64,000 nt of DNA from Felis catus (lineage: Eukaryota): contig NC_058368.1 of the NCBI RefSeq assembly GCF_018350175.1, positions 204,664,001 to 204,728,000 on the forward strand, read 5' to 3'. Below, one piece after another: positions 10,900 to 24,100 of this stretch; position 1 is the first letter of the stretch, and each line of letters starts with the position of its first letter. The notes beneath the pieces were generated by a model. The model did no database searches and was not told where the DNA came from. It saw only the letters and a list, made by a program, of their open reading frames with translations. The translations under genes and the position numbers were made by a program.

Positions 10900-11112
10900 T
10901 TTTTTTTTTTTTTTTAACGTTTATTTATTTTTGAGAGAGAGACAGAGCATGAACGGGGGAGGGTCAGAGAGAGGGAGACACAGAATCTGAAACAGGCTCC
11001 AGGCTCTGAGCTGTCAGCACAGAGCCCGACGCGGGGCTCGAACCCACGGAGCACGAGATCATGACCTGAGCTGAAGTCAGCCGCCCAACCGACTGAGCCA
11101 CCCAGGCGCCCC
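10900..11112 (-). mobile_element. CAN-SINE
   Basis: Near-consensus body; TSD-like caag(g)acatttct. Confidence 0.95.
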
Positions 11113-11619
11113 AAGACATTTCTGACTTTAGGGGGAAAAGAAGGAGTCAACTCATCCACAAGCCCCACAAATAAGGGGTCTCCATCCATGATTAATCCAC
11201 TACTTACTTAGTTTCAAGCCTCATTTTTGCCTCAGTTGGACTCTATGTCCAGGCTCTTAATCACAAGTCTCTACACCCTATACACTGTTGCCAGGTTAGT
11301 CTTCCTAAAGCATACCTCTAAGTATGGCCATCACTTTCTCAGAAACCTTTAATCCCTGCCCTTTTTTTTTTTTTATCCTAAAATTCAAGGGGTCAAAGAA
11401 TCTAGCTAGCCCTAGCCATGGCTGCTGGCTTTTTTCTTGCTAACCTTTCTGTGTGGTGCAAAGAAGAGATAAGAAACAGACTATTATTCCCTAGAATGTC
11501 CTATGTCTTCCCCTCTCTACGTCTTGGCTTCTATTTTCTCTCTACTGAGAGACTCTTTTTTTCCATCCTCTCCAGTGAACTTTAGCCATATTCAGTCTTC
11601 AGGATCAGGGCCTTGTACT

Positions 11620-11835
11620 TAACAGTGCTGAAGGACAAAAGTTAGTAACTTTGATAAAGTTCAAGTTAGAATGTTTTCCTTCATTGTTTGTGCTTTTTAA
11701 TTCTTTCCAAGGAGTTGTAGCTAACTCGAGTTCACAAAGATTATCTTCTATGCTTTCTTCTAGCAGTTTTGTAGATGTAGGTTTATATTCTGACATTCAT
11801 TTCCAGCAAATTTTTACATATGTTGTACATAAGTA
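11620..11835 (-). mobile_element. Old L1 ORF2 fragment
   Basis: Peptide KLLEESIEDNLCEL...LNFIKVTNFC resembles L1 ORF2 (KLLEENIG...IKIKNFC). Confidence 0.7.
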
Positions 11836-12237
11836 TGGGCTCATTTGGAAAAGTTTTTATTACTTTTATGAAACCATATAACTCTCAGCATAAGATCATG
11901 AGACCTGCTTTAATAAAGGAAGAAATTTTATTATTGAAATTATATCCTATATGCCAAGTATATAAATATTAAAAGTATTATACATTTCACATTAATTTTT
12001 ATATAAGGACATTAGCTGCTTCATATTAAATAATGTTAAGTACAAAAACCATAAATCCAGCTTAGAAATGTTGTAATTTATATCACATAAATAAATTGAA
12101 AGGTACAAAACCCAAATTAAAATGCATCAAGGCAATGTTCATTCAAGAATATGGGCAATTACTGAAAAAAGTTTATACATGCATTTAAATTATTTTATGA
12201 TGTCTTAGAATTCAGTAGGTCAAAAATAAAAACTTAC

Positions 12238-12340
12238 TTTTTTCCTGCATATTCTGATAAAGTTTCCTTATTTCTATTTTATGTCCCTCCTCTTTGATTT
12301 TCATTTCACTCATAAGTTTGGCAATATTATTCTTATATTC
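12238..12340 (-). CDS. CCDC152: CCDC152 exon 6
   Basis: 103 nt, EYKNNIAKLMSEMKIKEEGHKIEIRKLYQNMQEK; tttag / gtaagt; phase 0/1. Confidence 0.95.
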
Positions 12341-14182
12341 CTAAAGATTAAAATACATATTAATTCTTCAGTTTAAATATATGTACACAACTTTCCACTA
12401 ATTAGAAAGGTGAAATTCTCATACTTTATATTAATTGTTAATATGTAACCATATCTAGAGAGGAAAGATATTGTTTATCGCTTGAATAATCAGCTTTGAG
12501 AAGGAACAATTTCTGGTCCAAGTAGATACAGCTTATCCAGAGACAATGTATTCTTATCTTTGCTTCCTGAATACTCATCACCAGTGTTTAACATATCATA
12601 TAATCTCAAAATATTTTGGTAACTGTATAAATAAATGCCATGATACCATTAAAATATGTCAATTAAAGCCAAAGTTATACTTTAGAGCTAATAGTACATT
12701 CTGTTCAATAGCTGGCAAGCTTAACCTAACATAGGATGACTCCTTTGAATGTGACCTGAAGTTCTGTTTCTGAAAATTATATAAACATCCCTAATTCCCA
12801 GAAGGAAGTTAAGCACTACCCATGGTAAAGGTTAGTTTTATGAGGATGAGGCTAGAGAAGAATGAATTTGGGAGTTGAGAAGTGCTTGACAAGTGCCTGA
12901 GATTAATTTCTTAGGTTGCTGCAGCATAGAAATGATTATTGTGTTAATGTGGACAGTCGCATTCAGAGAGGTGTTGGAAGAGAAAGCCCCCAAAGATAAA
13001 ATTTACAATTTTTCCAGAGGGATGTTCCTACATAAACCACTTACAGTTCTAAGATGTAGGCAGGAGAAAAGGAAAGCAGCAAGAATAAAAATAAAATAGG
13101 ATACTAAGAAAGGTACATTAATGAAGGCAAGAGGTTCAAGAGAAGCTTCTAAACATCATAAAAGCAGGGACTTTATTTTTACTCATCACGATGTCTCCAA
13201 TTCCTATAGTATCTTAGGCTAAGCAATATTCTATGGCTTGACATTTTAGAAGAGAAAGAAGGTAAACATTTCTCCCCCTTTTCTCTGCCCCAATGATACC
13301 CTAACTGTACCATCTATCATTGAGCTTTATAGGAAAGGTATGGAAAGAATGGGAAAGAAGAAAGGAAAGGGATAAAGGAAAGGAAAAATAAAGGGTGGGA
13401 TATATTCCAGACATATTTAAATTAACTCAAGTGAGGAACCAGATTGAATATGGAAATGATACTTCAACTTGAAGTTCTAAGCTTGATACAGATCCAATTT
13501 GAGTTTTGGAAATCTTAGGTCTGCCAAGGTTTGACATGTTGGCTCTTGGGAAAGGAGAAAAATATTATGATAATAAGCCTCCCAAAGGGTGGTGGGAACT
13601 GACATTTACTGAGTACTTTTTATGTTCTAGGCACTGTGTTATTTGTTCTATAATTGCTGCCATATGCTGTTCCTATAGGAGAAAAGAAAAAGTAGCAGAG
13701 GGTATGGTAGCCCTGGGGAGAGAAATAATTGGTTATCCACATAAAGTCTTCCCTTCGTTTGGATGATGCAATAAAATTGCAAAAGGTTACTTAAATCAGA
13801 AAGATCAAAGACTCATTTATTTTATGGTAAAAAGTTTAAAAGTGCTAATTAATATAATAGAGTATACTCTAGAGTAAAAGTTTTATTAACATAATTTACA
13901 AATATGTAGCAAAATAGTTGTATCTCTTTTTGGTGGGAAGACAAAGTAATGTAAGTGATATCTTAGTGCGTTATAGTCTGCAAAGAGACTAGAGTCCTTA
14001 AAACTGTTATTTCTTTAAGAAGTTTTATTCATTAAAAATTCTGGCACACACATACACACATATATATTTCCTTTCCAAATTTTAGCTGTCCTGATTAATG
14101 AAAACCACCCTCCTTTTTTTCAAATTTGAGAAGACAAATGCTCTACAGGAATTTGATTGAATATAAAAATACATAAACTCAC

Positions 14183-14247
14183 TTGTTCATGAGACTTCAG
14201 CTTTTCTCTCATAAGATCAGCATTTCTTTTTAGTTGTTCATTTTCAC
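14183..14247 (-). CDS. CCDC152: CCDC152 exon 5
   Basis: 65 nt, (G)ENEQLKRNADLMREKLKSHEQ; cacag / gtgagt; phase 1/0. Confidence 0.95.
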
Positions 14248-14334
14248 CTGTGTAAAAATAACCAGAGGGCATCCTAATACACAAAACATTTTAATTAACA
14301 TGGGAATACATTTAACATTTTGAGTTTCCTTTCA

Positions 14335-16300
14335 TATATGCATTCAACACATACATACAGCATCTACTACACATGAGGTTGCATGCATGGCGCTGGAAAT
14401 ATTGAAACAAACAAAATTATTGCTTTTCAAAGAACTTACGGCCAAACGGTAAAACAGATGTGTAAGTGGTTATGATATGCTATGATAATTGCTCTGGAAT
14501 GGCAGTGTGTCTGAAATACCATGGGGACTTGTGGAAAAAAAGTCTTATTCAGCCTGAAGTCAGGAAAGGATTTACAGAAGAGAAACCATTTGCACTAAGA
14601 CTTACATGATAAGGGTTACCCCATGTGGCAGGAACACATTTCACATACATAAAACTGCACAGAAGACTTTGGGCTTGAGTGACTATAGCACATTTGGGCA
14701 AGTTACAATTCAAATACAGTATTGTTGGAATGTAAACTCTGAGGAGGATGTGCTACATAGGTTGAAGCCATATCCTAATAGGAGATGGACATATTGCATA
14801 TGAATGGCTTTAAATTTTATCTTATAGGTTACAGTCAAAGAACTTTGAACAGTGAAAGGAAATGATTAGTTACATGTTGAAAAAATGATCTGGCAGTGTA
14901 GATGACGAATGGGCAGGTTTTGACCCTAGATGAATGGGTATCAGTAAAAATAGGTCAAGTAAGAAATAACAGGAGCCTCAATTAGGTCAGTGGCAGCAGG
15001 ACATAAAAGAAAATGAAGATAATTATTTAGATGGTAAGATTACCAGGAGATTTATGACTGACTGGATAGCAGAGGCAAAAAGGAAAGGGGAACTTTTGCT
15101 TTCTAGGTTTCTGGTTTGGGTAATTGAAAAAGGTTTGGGTGCCTGGGTGGGCTCAGTTGTTAAACATCTGACTTTGGTTCAGAACACGACCTCAAGTTCA
15201 TGAGTTGAGTCCCATATCCAGTGAGTTCAAGCTCTGGTAAAACCTGAGACCCGCTTCAGGTGAGCCCTGCTTCTCTCTCTCTCTGTCTCTCTCTCTGCCT
15301 CTCACTCACTTGCGCCCCATCCCTCTCTCTCAAAAAACAAAGCAAAATTAAAAAAAAAAAAAAGAAAAAAATGTTCATCAGTTTGGGAAAGATTAGAAGA
15401 GGAAGACTTTTAGGAGTGAAATGAAGACTATAGATTTTTACCTGCTAAATTTGATTGCTTGAGATATCCAGAAAACATTTCTGGTAGGCTGAGAAATATT
15501 TAGAGGTGGCCAAAGGAGAGTATTCTGTAAAGGAGACTGAGAAGTGTCCAGAGATGCAGGAGAGAGTGGTACTGAGAAAAGAAAAGAGAGGTTAAAGGGA
15601 TCATAATAAGTAGCAATAAAAGCAGTAAGAAGATCAAGTAAAAGAACTTTGAATCTGAAAACTTTGGGAAATGCTCAATTGTTGTAAGTTGAAGACTAGG
15701 CAAAGGTAAGGCAATGGATAGAGTGAGTACACCAGACCATTCCCTTGAGGTTTGATTGTAAAAGGAAAGAGTGAGGGCATTTGGAGGGAATCAACCTAAA
15801 GTTAAGGAAACTTTATTTTTTTGTTTATTTAAAATATGGGAAAGATGTGAGTTGTTTAAATGCTGAGAGGAATGGACAGTAGAAATAAATGAAAGACAGA
15901 AAAGAAGGGACAATTGAAGATGCAATACCCCAGAAGAGAGACAAGAGTTAAACCCAAGTGGAGGAATTAACTTTGGATAGGAAGAAGGACTTTCTCTCTC
16001 TTTTTTTTTAAGCTAAAGAGGAAGGTAGTAAGGATATGTCCAGGTATGTATATATTTGGAAGAGGTATAGTGGGAAGAAGAGGTACTGGGTGGTAAGAAA
16101 TGAGATAATTTATGTCTGACAGCTTTCACTTTTTCTGTGAAATAGAAAGTAAAATAAGTTGAAAGAAAAGAACAGGTTTAAAGTTGGGGGCTAGAAGATT
16201 GCAAAGTTTGAAAAGTCAGGATAAATGAAAGGTATAATTGAAACTGAGATTCATAAATTAACATAGGTCTGCAATGTATGTTTTTTGTTTTTTGTTTTTT
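14335..16300 (-). mobile_element. Degenerate L2 fragments (interrupted by a SINE)
   Basis: L2-like 3' end (ttcatatatgcattcaacacata...) and purine-rich body; boundaries approximate. Confidence 0.5.
15137..15370 (+). mobile_element. CAN-SINE variant with atypical body
   Basis: GGGTGCCTGGGTGG head, reiterated gtgagttc/gtgagccc segments, CT tract, poly-A. Confidence 0.85.
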
Positions 16301-16965
16301 TTTTTTTACCATTAGTCTTCAGTAATTGCAGCCTTATAAGTAAAGCAGGTGTATGGTTGGATTGATCCATATTTGAAAATTACTGTAGTTGGTATTACAG
16401 GATGGGTAATGGAAATAAAACCACTGCCAAACGAGAAGTAATATTCTAAGCTACATATATATGCTATAAAGGGAGGAAGGTTTTATCTTACAGCAACATT
16501 ATTGAGAGCATTGTTATATTTACTTAATGTCTTTTCATGTAAAATGTAAATAAGAAAAAAAGAGAAACATATTAAAATATGGTTTTGCATCTTTAATTTG
16601 CCATATTGTTTCAGACCTACCATAATTGACATCTTTTGTATATAACCAAAGCTATCTTCTGACTTGAGATGATTAAGAAGGAGCAGTGCTTGAGTTTTCT
16701 ATACTCACCTTGGTAATCTCTAGATTAGATCAGGAAAGAGTCCATCCTGATATAGTGTGTGATGAGGGTTTGAAACAGAGCCAGACTCTGTACCTAAGCC
16801 AGACATAAAAGGCTCAAAGCTAAAATATAGGCCAGGAGTAGACTTGGCATCAAGACTTGTAATTCAAAACCAGTGTGAAATAGAGGCCGGGGCTTAAGTT
16901 CAGGGACTACTGGGGACCAGTGACAAGGATGAATGAGACACTAGAGTTGGATAACAGTAATTATA

Positions 16966-18105
16966 GCTTTGTATTGTTTAGAATCAGTTTGTCTGTCAAT
17001 ATAGACAAAAAAACATGCTAGAATTTTGATTGGGATCACACTGAATTTATAGATCAAGTTGGGAAGAACTGACATCTTGACAATATTGGGTCTTCCTATC
17101 CATAAACATGGACTATTTCTTCATTTATTTAGTTCTTTTTGATTTACTTCATCACAGTTTTGTAGTTTTCCTTATATAGATCTAGAACATATTTTGTTAT
17201 ACATATAGTTAAATATTGAATTTTGGAGGTTATTGTGTTTTTACTCTCAAATTTCACTTGTTCATTGCTGTTATATAGGAAAACAGTTGACTTTTATGTA
17301 TTAACTTTGTATAATGCATGCAACCTCGCTATAATTGCTTATTAATTACAAGTAATTTTCCTCCCAAATCTTCTGAATTTTCTACCTAGACAGTCATGTC
17401 ATCTATGAACAAGGACAGTTTTATTTCTTACTTCTGAATCTGCATACCTTTTATTTCTTTTTCTTGTCTTATTGTCTTGTCTTACTGTCTTATTGTACTA
17501 GAACTTCTAGTACAATGCTGAAAAGGAGTGGTGAGAGAGGAATATCCTTGCCTTATTCCTGATCTTAGTGGGAAGTCTCTAATTTCTCACCATGAAATAT
17601 GGTGTTAGTTGTAGGCTTTTATAGATTTTCTTTTTAAATCAAGTTGAGTACATTCCCTCTACTCCTAGTTTACTGAGATGTTTTATTTTCAATCATGAAT
17701 GGGTGCTGGATTTTGTCAAATACTTTTTCTGCATCTACTAATATGATCATATTTTCAATCTGTTGGTGTTCTGGATTAAATTAATGAAGCTTTGAATGTT
17801 GACTCAGTCTTGTATACTTAAGATAAATTCTACTTTGTTGTAGGGTATAGGCCTCCCAAAGCATTTTTCATTTCTGTTACGGAGTTTTTGATCTTTAGCA
17901 TTCCTTTTTGCTTCTTTCTTAGGATTTCACCTCTCTGCTTACATTGCCAATTTGTTCTTACATGTTATCTACTTGATCCCTTACAGTCCTTAACATAGTA
18001 ATCATAGCAGTTTTGAAATTCCCAGTCTGATAATTCCAACATCTCTGCCATGTTTGATTCTGCTCTGTCTCTGCAAATTGTGTGATTTTTTTTGCCTTTT
18101 AGTTG
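16966..18105 (-). mobile_element. Old L1 (L1M-type) ORF2 fragments
   Basis: Antisense L1 text such as gaattttgattgggatcacactgaatttatagatcaag and ccttgccttattcctgatcttagtgggaag. Confidence 0.85.
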
Positions 18106-18341
18106 GGCTAATATAATAGAGAGTCTAGGTTCACCCTAACTTTTGGTAACATGTTAGCAGCTCTCTTTAGAATACGGAAATATTTAGCTTAGAAATATAT
18201 ATTTTTAAATCTTGTGCCCTAGTTAGTAATTTCAGGTTAATAGCACAAGTCCCACTCAACATCCTATTATACTTTTCCTCCTACAAAATTAACATAACAT
18301 AATCAATAACTAGTCACAGCAATAATGAATCATTAAAGATT

Positions 18342-18778
18342 AAAAAAAATTTTTTTAACGTTTATTTTTGAGACAGAGAGAGACAGAGCACGAATGGGGG
18401 AGGGTCAGAGAGAGAGGGAGACACAGAATCTGAAACAGGCTCCAGGCTCTGAGCTGTCAGCACAGAGCACGACGCAGGGCTCGAACCCATGGACCGCGAG
18501 ATCATGAGCTGAGCCGAAGTCGTACGCTTACCTGACTGAGTCACCCAGGCGCCCCATTAAAGATTTTTTTAATGTTTATTTTATTTTTTTGACAGAGAGA
18601 GAGAGAAAAAAAAAAGAGAGTGAGCAGGAGAGGGGCAGAGAGAGAGGGGGACAGAGGATTCAAAGCAGGCTCCATGTTGACAGCAGCGAGCCCAATGTGG
18701 AGCTCCAACTCACAAACTGTGAGATCATGACCTGAGCCGAAGTCAGACGCTTAACTGACTGAGCCACCCAGGCACCCC
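18342..18778 (-). mobile_element. Two tandem CAN-SINEs sharing a target site
   Basis: Heads at 18555 and 18778; (cat)taaagatt occurs three times (18331, 18555, 18779). Confidence 0.93.
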
Positions 18779-19718
18779 TAAAGATTTTGGATGTTATATG
18801 AACAATGCTTTAGGAAGGCTTGTCTTGCAATATAGTACTGTTAAGAGGAACTTTGGAAATGGAGTCTACATATGAAACTGTCACAGAAGCATGGGTAAGA
18901 GGTTATGAATATGTAAAATTGATATTGTTGGAGAGGAAGAGTACATAGTAACTGCAAACTTTTGGAGTCCTGGTTATTAGGAGAAGTATTTGGAGCAGAA
19001 AGAGAAAATCCAGAACTATGTTTACAGGGGAAGATGATGAGTAGCATAAATATCCATTAAATCACAACATTACAGTGAGAGTAGAAATCCAAAATCAGTT
19101 TGCTTTCAAAGGCTGTAATCAGACAGATAAGAAAGTGTTACATTTTAAAGGGTCATATTTTAAAATGAAGAGCTTAATCTGAATGGTGGCTTTAGTTTAT
19201 AAAAATTTTGCTGGAAAATTGATATTTCCTTGAATGGAAAGCACCAATAATTTGAAAATATTTCCAACTAAAATACTTACTTATAAAATATACTACTGCC
19301 TTTAGAACAAATACTTCAGATATGTTTCTCCCACTCACTCCCATTCTAATGGGATTTTCAAACCATAGGGACACAGTACATTAATAACCATGTAACCTGA
19401 AAGTTTCCAAGATGAAATGTGACTTGTTAATAGAATATATGTATTCTAGAATTAGGAAACTGGAGATTTTGGAGGATTTTGAACTCTATAATAAAGGAGT
19501 TATACTTTCCAGTATCATTCAGTTTTGTATGATTTTCAAGTTTAAGATTTTCTGTTTTGTTTTGTTTTGTTTTGTTTTTGTCACAATAATTAAGGGCTGG
19601 GAACTGTGTAAAAAAAAAAAAACATTGTGCTAACTAGGCAACTAATACCTCTTGTACCTATTGGAAATGCTGAAGCATCCATCACTGAAAGATGAAAGAA
19701 AAGGTATTTGATGCTTTC

Positions 19719-19940
19719 TTTTTTCAAAAGTTTTTTAATGTTTATTTTTGAGAGAGAGGGAGACAGAGAGAGAGGGAGACAGCACAAGTCGGGGAGGGCA
19801 GAGAGAGAGAGACACAGAATTCCAAGCAGGCTCTGAGCTGTCAGCACAGGGCCTGACGTGGAGCTCAAACTCACGAACCACAAGAACGTGACCTAAGCCA
19901 AAGTCAGACACTTAACTGACTGGGCCACTCAGGTGACCCC
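19719..19940 (-). mobile_element. CAN-SINE
   Basis: Body and tail; TSD-like gatg(c/t)tttct. Confidence 0.92.
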
Positions 19941-20479
19941 GATGTTTTCTAATTTATAAAAGTATACATGCTTGTCTTAGCAAGTGAAGCATCTGTAAGG
20001 GGAAGCTAATCATCTCTACATGCCTTCCCTTCCACTTACCTCACCAAAGTTATCAATGTTAGCAGCATGGTCTGTATTTCTTTCCTACTTTTCTTCCAGC
20101 TTATATAATCATATATAAACATATCACACATTTGTACTGGTTTTATTTATTTTTACCAATATAAAATTGTACTACATACATTACTTTGCAAAAAACTTGT
20201 TTCCTAAAAATGGATGTTCCTTCAAATCTGTAATTTTTTAATGCATATATGTAAATACATTTTTATAATTTTATATACATAGGGTCATATCATAGATGCT
20301 GAGCTACCCTTAGGACACTCTTCCCTTCTCTCTCTTTCATTTTCTTTCTGCTTTCTTTCTCTCCCTCTTTTTTTTCTCCTTTTTCCTCACCCCTCACCCC
20401 ACACCCCTGGTGTAATTGTGTTTCCTTCTCAGTTTTTCCCTTGAACTTATTAAACTCTGGATCACATGTATGTATACAC

Positions 20480-21360
20480 ATACACATTTCCATAATTTTA
20501 TTCATATCTTTTGTTCATTTAAAAATTCTATTTATCCCTGCTGGTCAATTTGTAGATCTCTTTGTATATGGAGAGCTCTTTGTAGATTGTAGACATAAAC
20601 TACATTTGTATTTGAAAACACTTTTTGAAATAAATTACTTGTTTTTTTTTCACTTTTGCATGACAAAATAACATGCAAAGTTTTGTTGTTGTTGTTGCTG
20701 TTGTGTGATACTTTTGTTGTGTTGTTGTTAAAAAAGTCTGTTAGGTCTTTTTTTCTTTATATAGTATCTGAAGTTTCCAGATTGGTCAAGAAGACACCCT
20801 GCAGCTAGCTCTAGGTTGTATCCTGGATACAGCTGATGATATATCCTGACTTTTCTTTTAAGTTTTTATTGTTCTTTTTCATACTGAAGTCTTTTCTCCA
20901 TCTGGAATTTATTTTTAATGTGGTAGAAAAGAGTCCAACTTTCTTTTCTTCCAGATGGAAAGTTAGTTGTGCCAGTACCATATGTTAAAATGCCATTCTT
21001 TTCCCAATAAATTGACATATTTCTTGTGTCATCTATTACATTAAAAAATACTGAGGCCTGTTTCTAGAATCTAGTTCTCTATTTTTTCTGTGGATGTATT
21101 TTTCCATTTTTATGCCAATACCATAATGATTTCATTACAACAGCTTCAGGGCATGTTGTTATCTGGTAATAAAACTCCCTTTTCTCTTTATTCTTCTTAT
21201 TTTTTTACAGTTCCCTTGTTTATTTGTTTTTTCCATCAAATAGCTTCAAGATTATTTTATACAATCTCCTCCAACCCCAACTTAGAATTTTACTTCAAAT
21301 GGCATTAAATGTGTATATTAACTTCAGGAAACTGACATTTTAATGATGATAAGTCTTCCC
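20480..21360 (-). mobile_element. Highly diverged L1 (L1ME-like) fragment
   Basis: Antisense L1-like text (ccatctggaatttattttt...agttgtgccagtaccat); boundaries approximate. Confidence 0.6.
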
Positions 21361-22045
21361 TCTGCCAGAATAACTGATCAACCCATCCAAATGTTATACT
21401 GCTTGCATATTATCTGGTTTTGGCACATCTATAATTAGGCTAAATGCTAAATAGAACCATATAACTTATCTGTGAACTAAAGCCACCTACTGAAGAAATA
21501 ACAAACCTTCCTTAATACTTTATATTACACTTCAGTTGGCTCTATGTTGCCTTTCATTTGTAATACAAACAACATATGATTATTGTTGGTGCCGTTACTT
21601 TTTCGTCATCCTACCAGATTCTACATTAGATTTTCAAACACAGGTTCCTACTCTGGCTACTTCTTCAAGTGGTAAGGCTCTTGATGCTCTGGCTAGAGTA
21701 TCTGTAAATTCAAATAGTATTTTGTATCAGTGTACAGTCCACCTGGTCCTTATATTTGGCAAGTAATCCTTCTCTGGCCCAGCCAAAATTCAACTTATTC
21801 TCTTGGACTCTAATAATTTTGCAGTATATTTTTCTAAAATTAGCTATTCTCCTTTAGTACTGAACTGGAAGTCCTTAAGTGTACATTGTCTTTATGTTCA
21901 TTGTTCACTTACAGCGAGTTTTTAAAATATCATTTATGATTAGATTGCTTAGCTTTGTAATAATTTCATCCCATAATAAACTAGATATTTTTACATTCAA
22001 AGTTTTTACTTGATTGGTTGCCTGAATAAAGGCTATGTTGATCTA

Positions 22046-22297
22046 GGGGCGCCTGGGTGGGTCAGTTGGTTAGGTGTCTGACTTCGGCTCAGGCCATGAT
22101 CTCGGGGTTCGAGCCCCGCGTTGGGCTCTGCGCTGACAGCTCAGAGCCTGGACCTGTGTCAGATTCTGTGTATCCCTCTCTCTTTCTGAGCCTCCTCTGC
22201 TCATACTCTGCCTTTCTCAAAAATAAAAGAAACATTACAAAAAATTTAAAAGAAAAATTAAAAAATTTAAATTTAAAAATTTAAAATTTAAAAGAAA
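22046..22297 (+). mobile_element. CAN-SINE
   Basis: GGGGCGCCTGGGTGG head; TSD gctatgttga. Confidence 0.93.
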
Positions 22298-22565
22298 TGC
22301 TATGTTGACCTAAATTAAGATTGTCCTCCAGTGGCATTTACTCAGATCCTGGAAAAGTTTTTGTCTTTTAACTAACTGAATGTTTTTATTTTATTTTATT
22401 TTAAATGGGAAATTTATAGTTATATAACCATTTTTTTTCTTATTTTGTTTTGCCTTGGTTTCTAGAAAATTTAGAGCTAACTTTTGTGCAATACTGAAGC
22501 ACCTACCCCTTAAGTGAGGTTTCTGATCCAAGTATTTTCCTAACTCTCTTCCTATTCATTACAGG

Positions 22566-23785
22566 CAGGGCCAGCATTATGAGTGCGCAACCTGTATGTC
22601 CGTGTTGGGCCCTGCACTCGGAAGGGTGCAACGCTTGCTTTAACATTCTGCCATTAATGTCTTGAAGTTCTTTTTGTCTTCAAACTTATATTTTTAAGTA
22701 AATTCCAGTGGGATAATGGAGCATGCATGTGAGCAGAGAAGATAAGAGAAACATCTATGTCTACTGCTTCTTGCCACTACATTCATACACGGCACTTGCA
22801 ATGCCCCATGAACACAGAATTCTGGTGGACTCATGATACTTGGGAGTTCAGCAAGACTCAAAAATACAAGTACAAGGTAAACATGTTCCATCTGCAACTA
22901 AGTAAGCAAGGGGCCTCATTTTCTTTTTCACTAGAACTCGCTTCAAATGCAGAAAGAAAGCAGTAGCATTCTAAGAAATATGAAGGACCAAGGAACTCTA
23001 CCACGTCCTTTCTTAATTCTGTTATTTCCCTCTATTAACCCAATAATTATGCTAAAAATGAAGACATAAAAGGAAAGAGAAGGATAGGAAAATTCACAGT
23101 TCCTTTTCCTTTTAGTCCATCTTTAGTAAGTGTAGGTAGAGAGTATTGGTAGCAAGGGCAGGTATCCAGAAGTAAAATGAGGGGCTTTTGGGTGGTTCAG
23201 TTGGTTGAAAGTTTGAGTTCAGGTCAGGTCATGATTTCACAGGTTTGTGAGTTTGAGCTCTGCGTCCTGGCTTGCTGCTATCAGCGTGGAGCCCGCCTGG
23301 ATCCTCTGTTTCCCTCTCTCTCTCTGCCCCTCTCTTGCTCTCTCTCTCTCTCTCTCAAAAATAAATAAAATTAAAAAAAAAGAAGTAAAATGAATAATAA
23401 ATGGTTTAGGTAGTTTTGCGTAGCATTTACACTATTCTGGTAAGAATGAAACAAATATGCATGTGCAAGCTAGGAAGTATTAATTATGCACTTTTGTGAT
23501 TCTGCATAGGAGTTAAATGCTCATGTCTTTGGATTTAAAATTCATTTGCACAATATAAAGATGAATGGTAACATTTATGTTCCTAATTAAAATTTTTCAT
23601 TCTTTTTTACTTACAGCAACATTAACAGCGAATACAAAACCCTGTCAAGTTGAGAGAGACCACAGAAGAAAGAAAAAAAGCTCTATATTTTAGAACTTTT
23701 AATGTGACTTTTTTCCTGCCTTTTGCACATTAGGCCCCACATTTTCATTTGGCATGGGGCCCTGCAAATTATATAGTTGGCCTTG
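22566..23785 (+). mobile_element. hAT-Tip100 DNA transposon (MER45B-like) with an internal CAN-SINE at 23181-23380
   Basis: Ends CAGGGCCAGC...ggccctgcaaattatatagttggccttg match recalled MER45 termini; SINE TSD agaagtaaaatga. Confidence 0.8.
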
Positions 23786-23857
23786 TTTATATGTTTTGCT
23801 CTTTAGCTTCCTTTTAACGTGCCATTAGCAAATCTCTTTTGGAAGGAGGCAATTTTT

Positions 23858-24100
23858 ATTTTTTATTTTTTTATTTATTTAAAAAAAATTTTTTTTTCAA
23901 CGTTTATTTATTTTTGGGACAGAGACAGACAAAGCATGAACCGGGGAGGGTCAGAGAGAGAGGGAGACACAGAATTGGAAACAGGCTCCAGCCTCTGAGC
24001 CATCAGCCCAGAGCCCGGCGCGGGGCTCGAACTCACGGACCCCAAGATCGTGACCTGGCTGAAGTCGGACGCTTAACCGACTGCACCACCCAGGTGCCCC
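23858..24100 (-). mobile_element. Young CAN-SINE (SINEC_Fc-like)
   Basis: CpG-rich body; TSD gaaggaggcaattttta. Confidence 0.95.
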
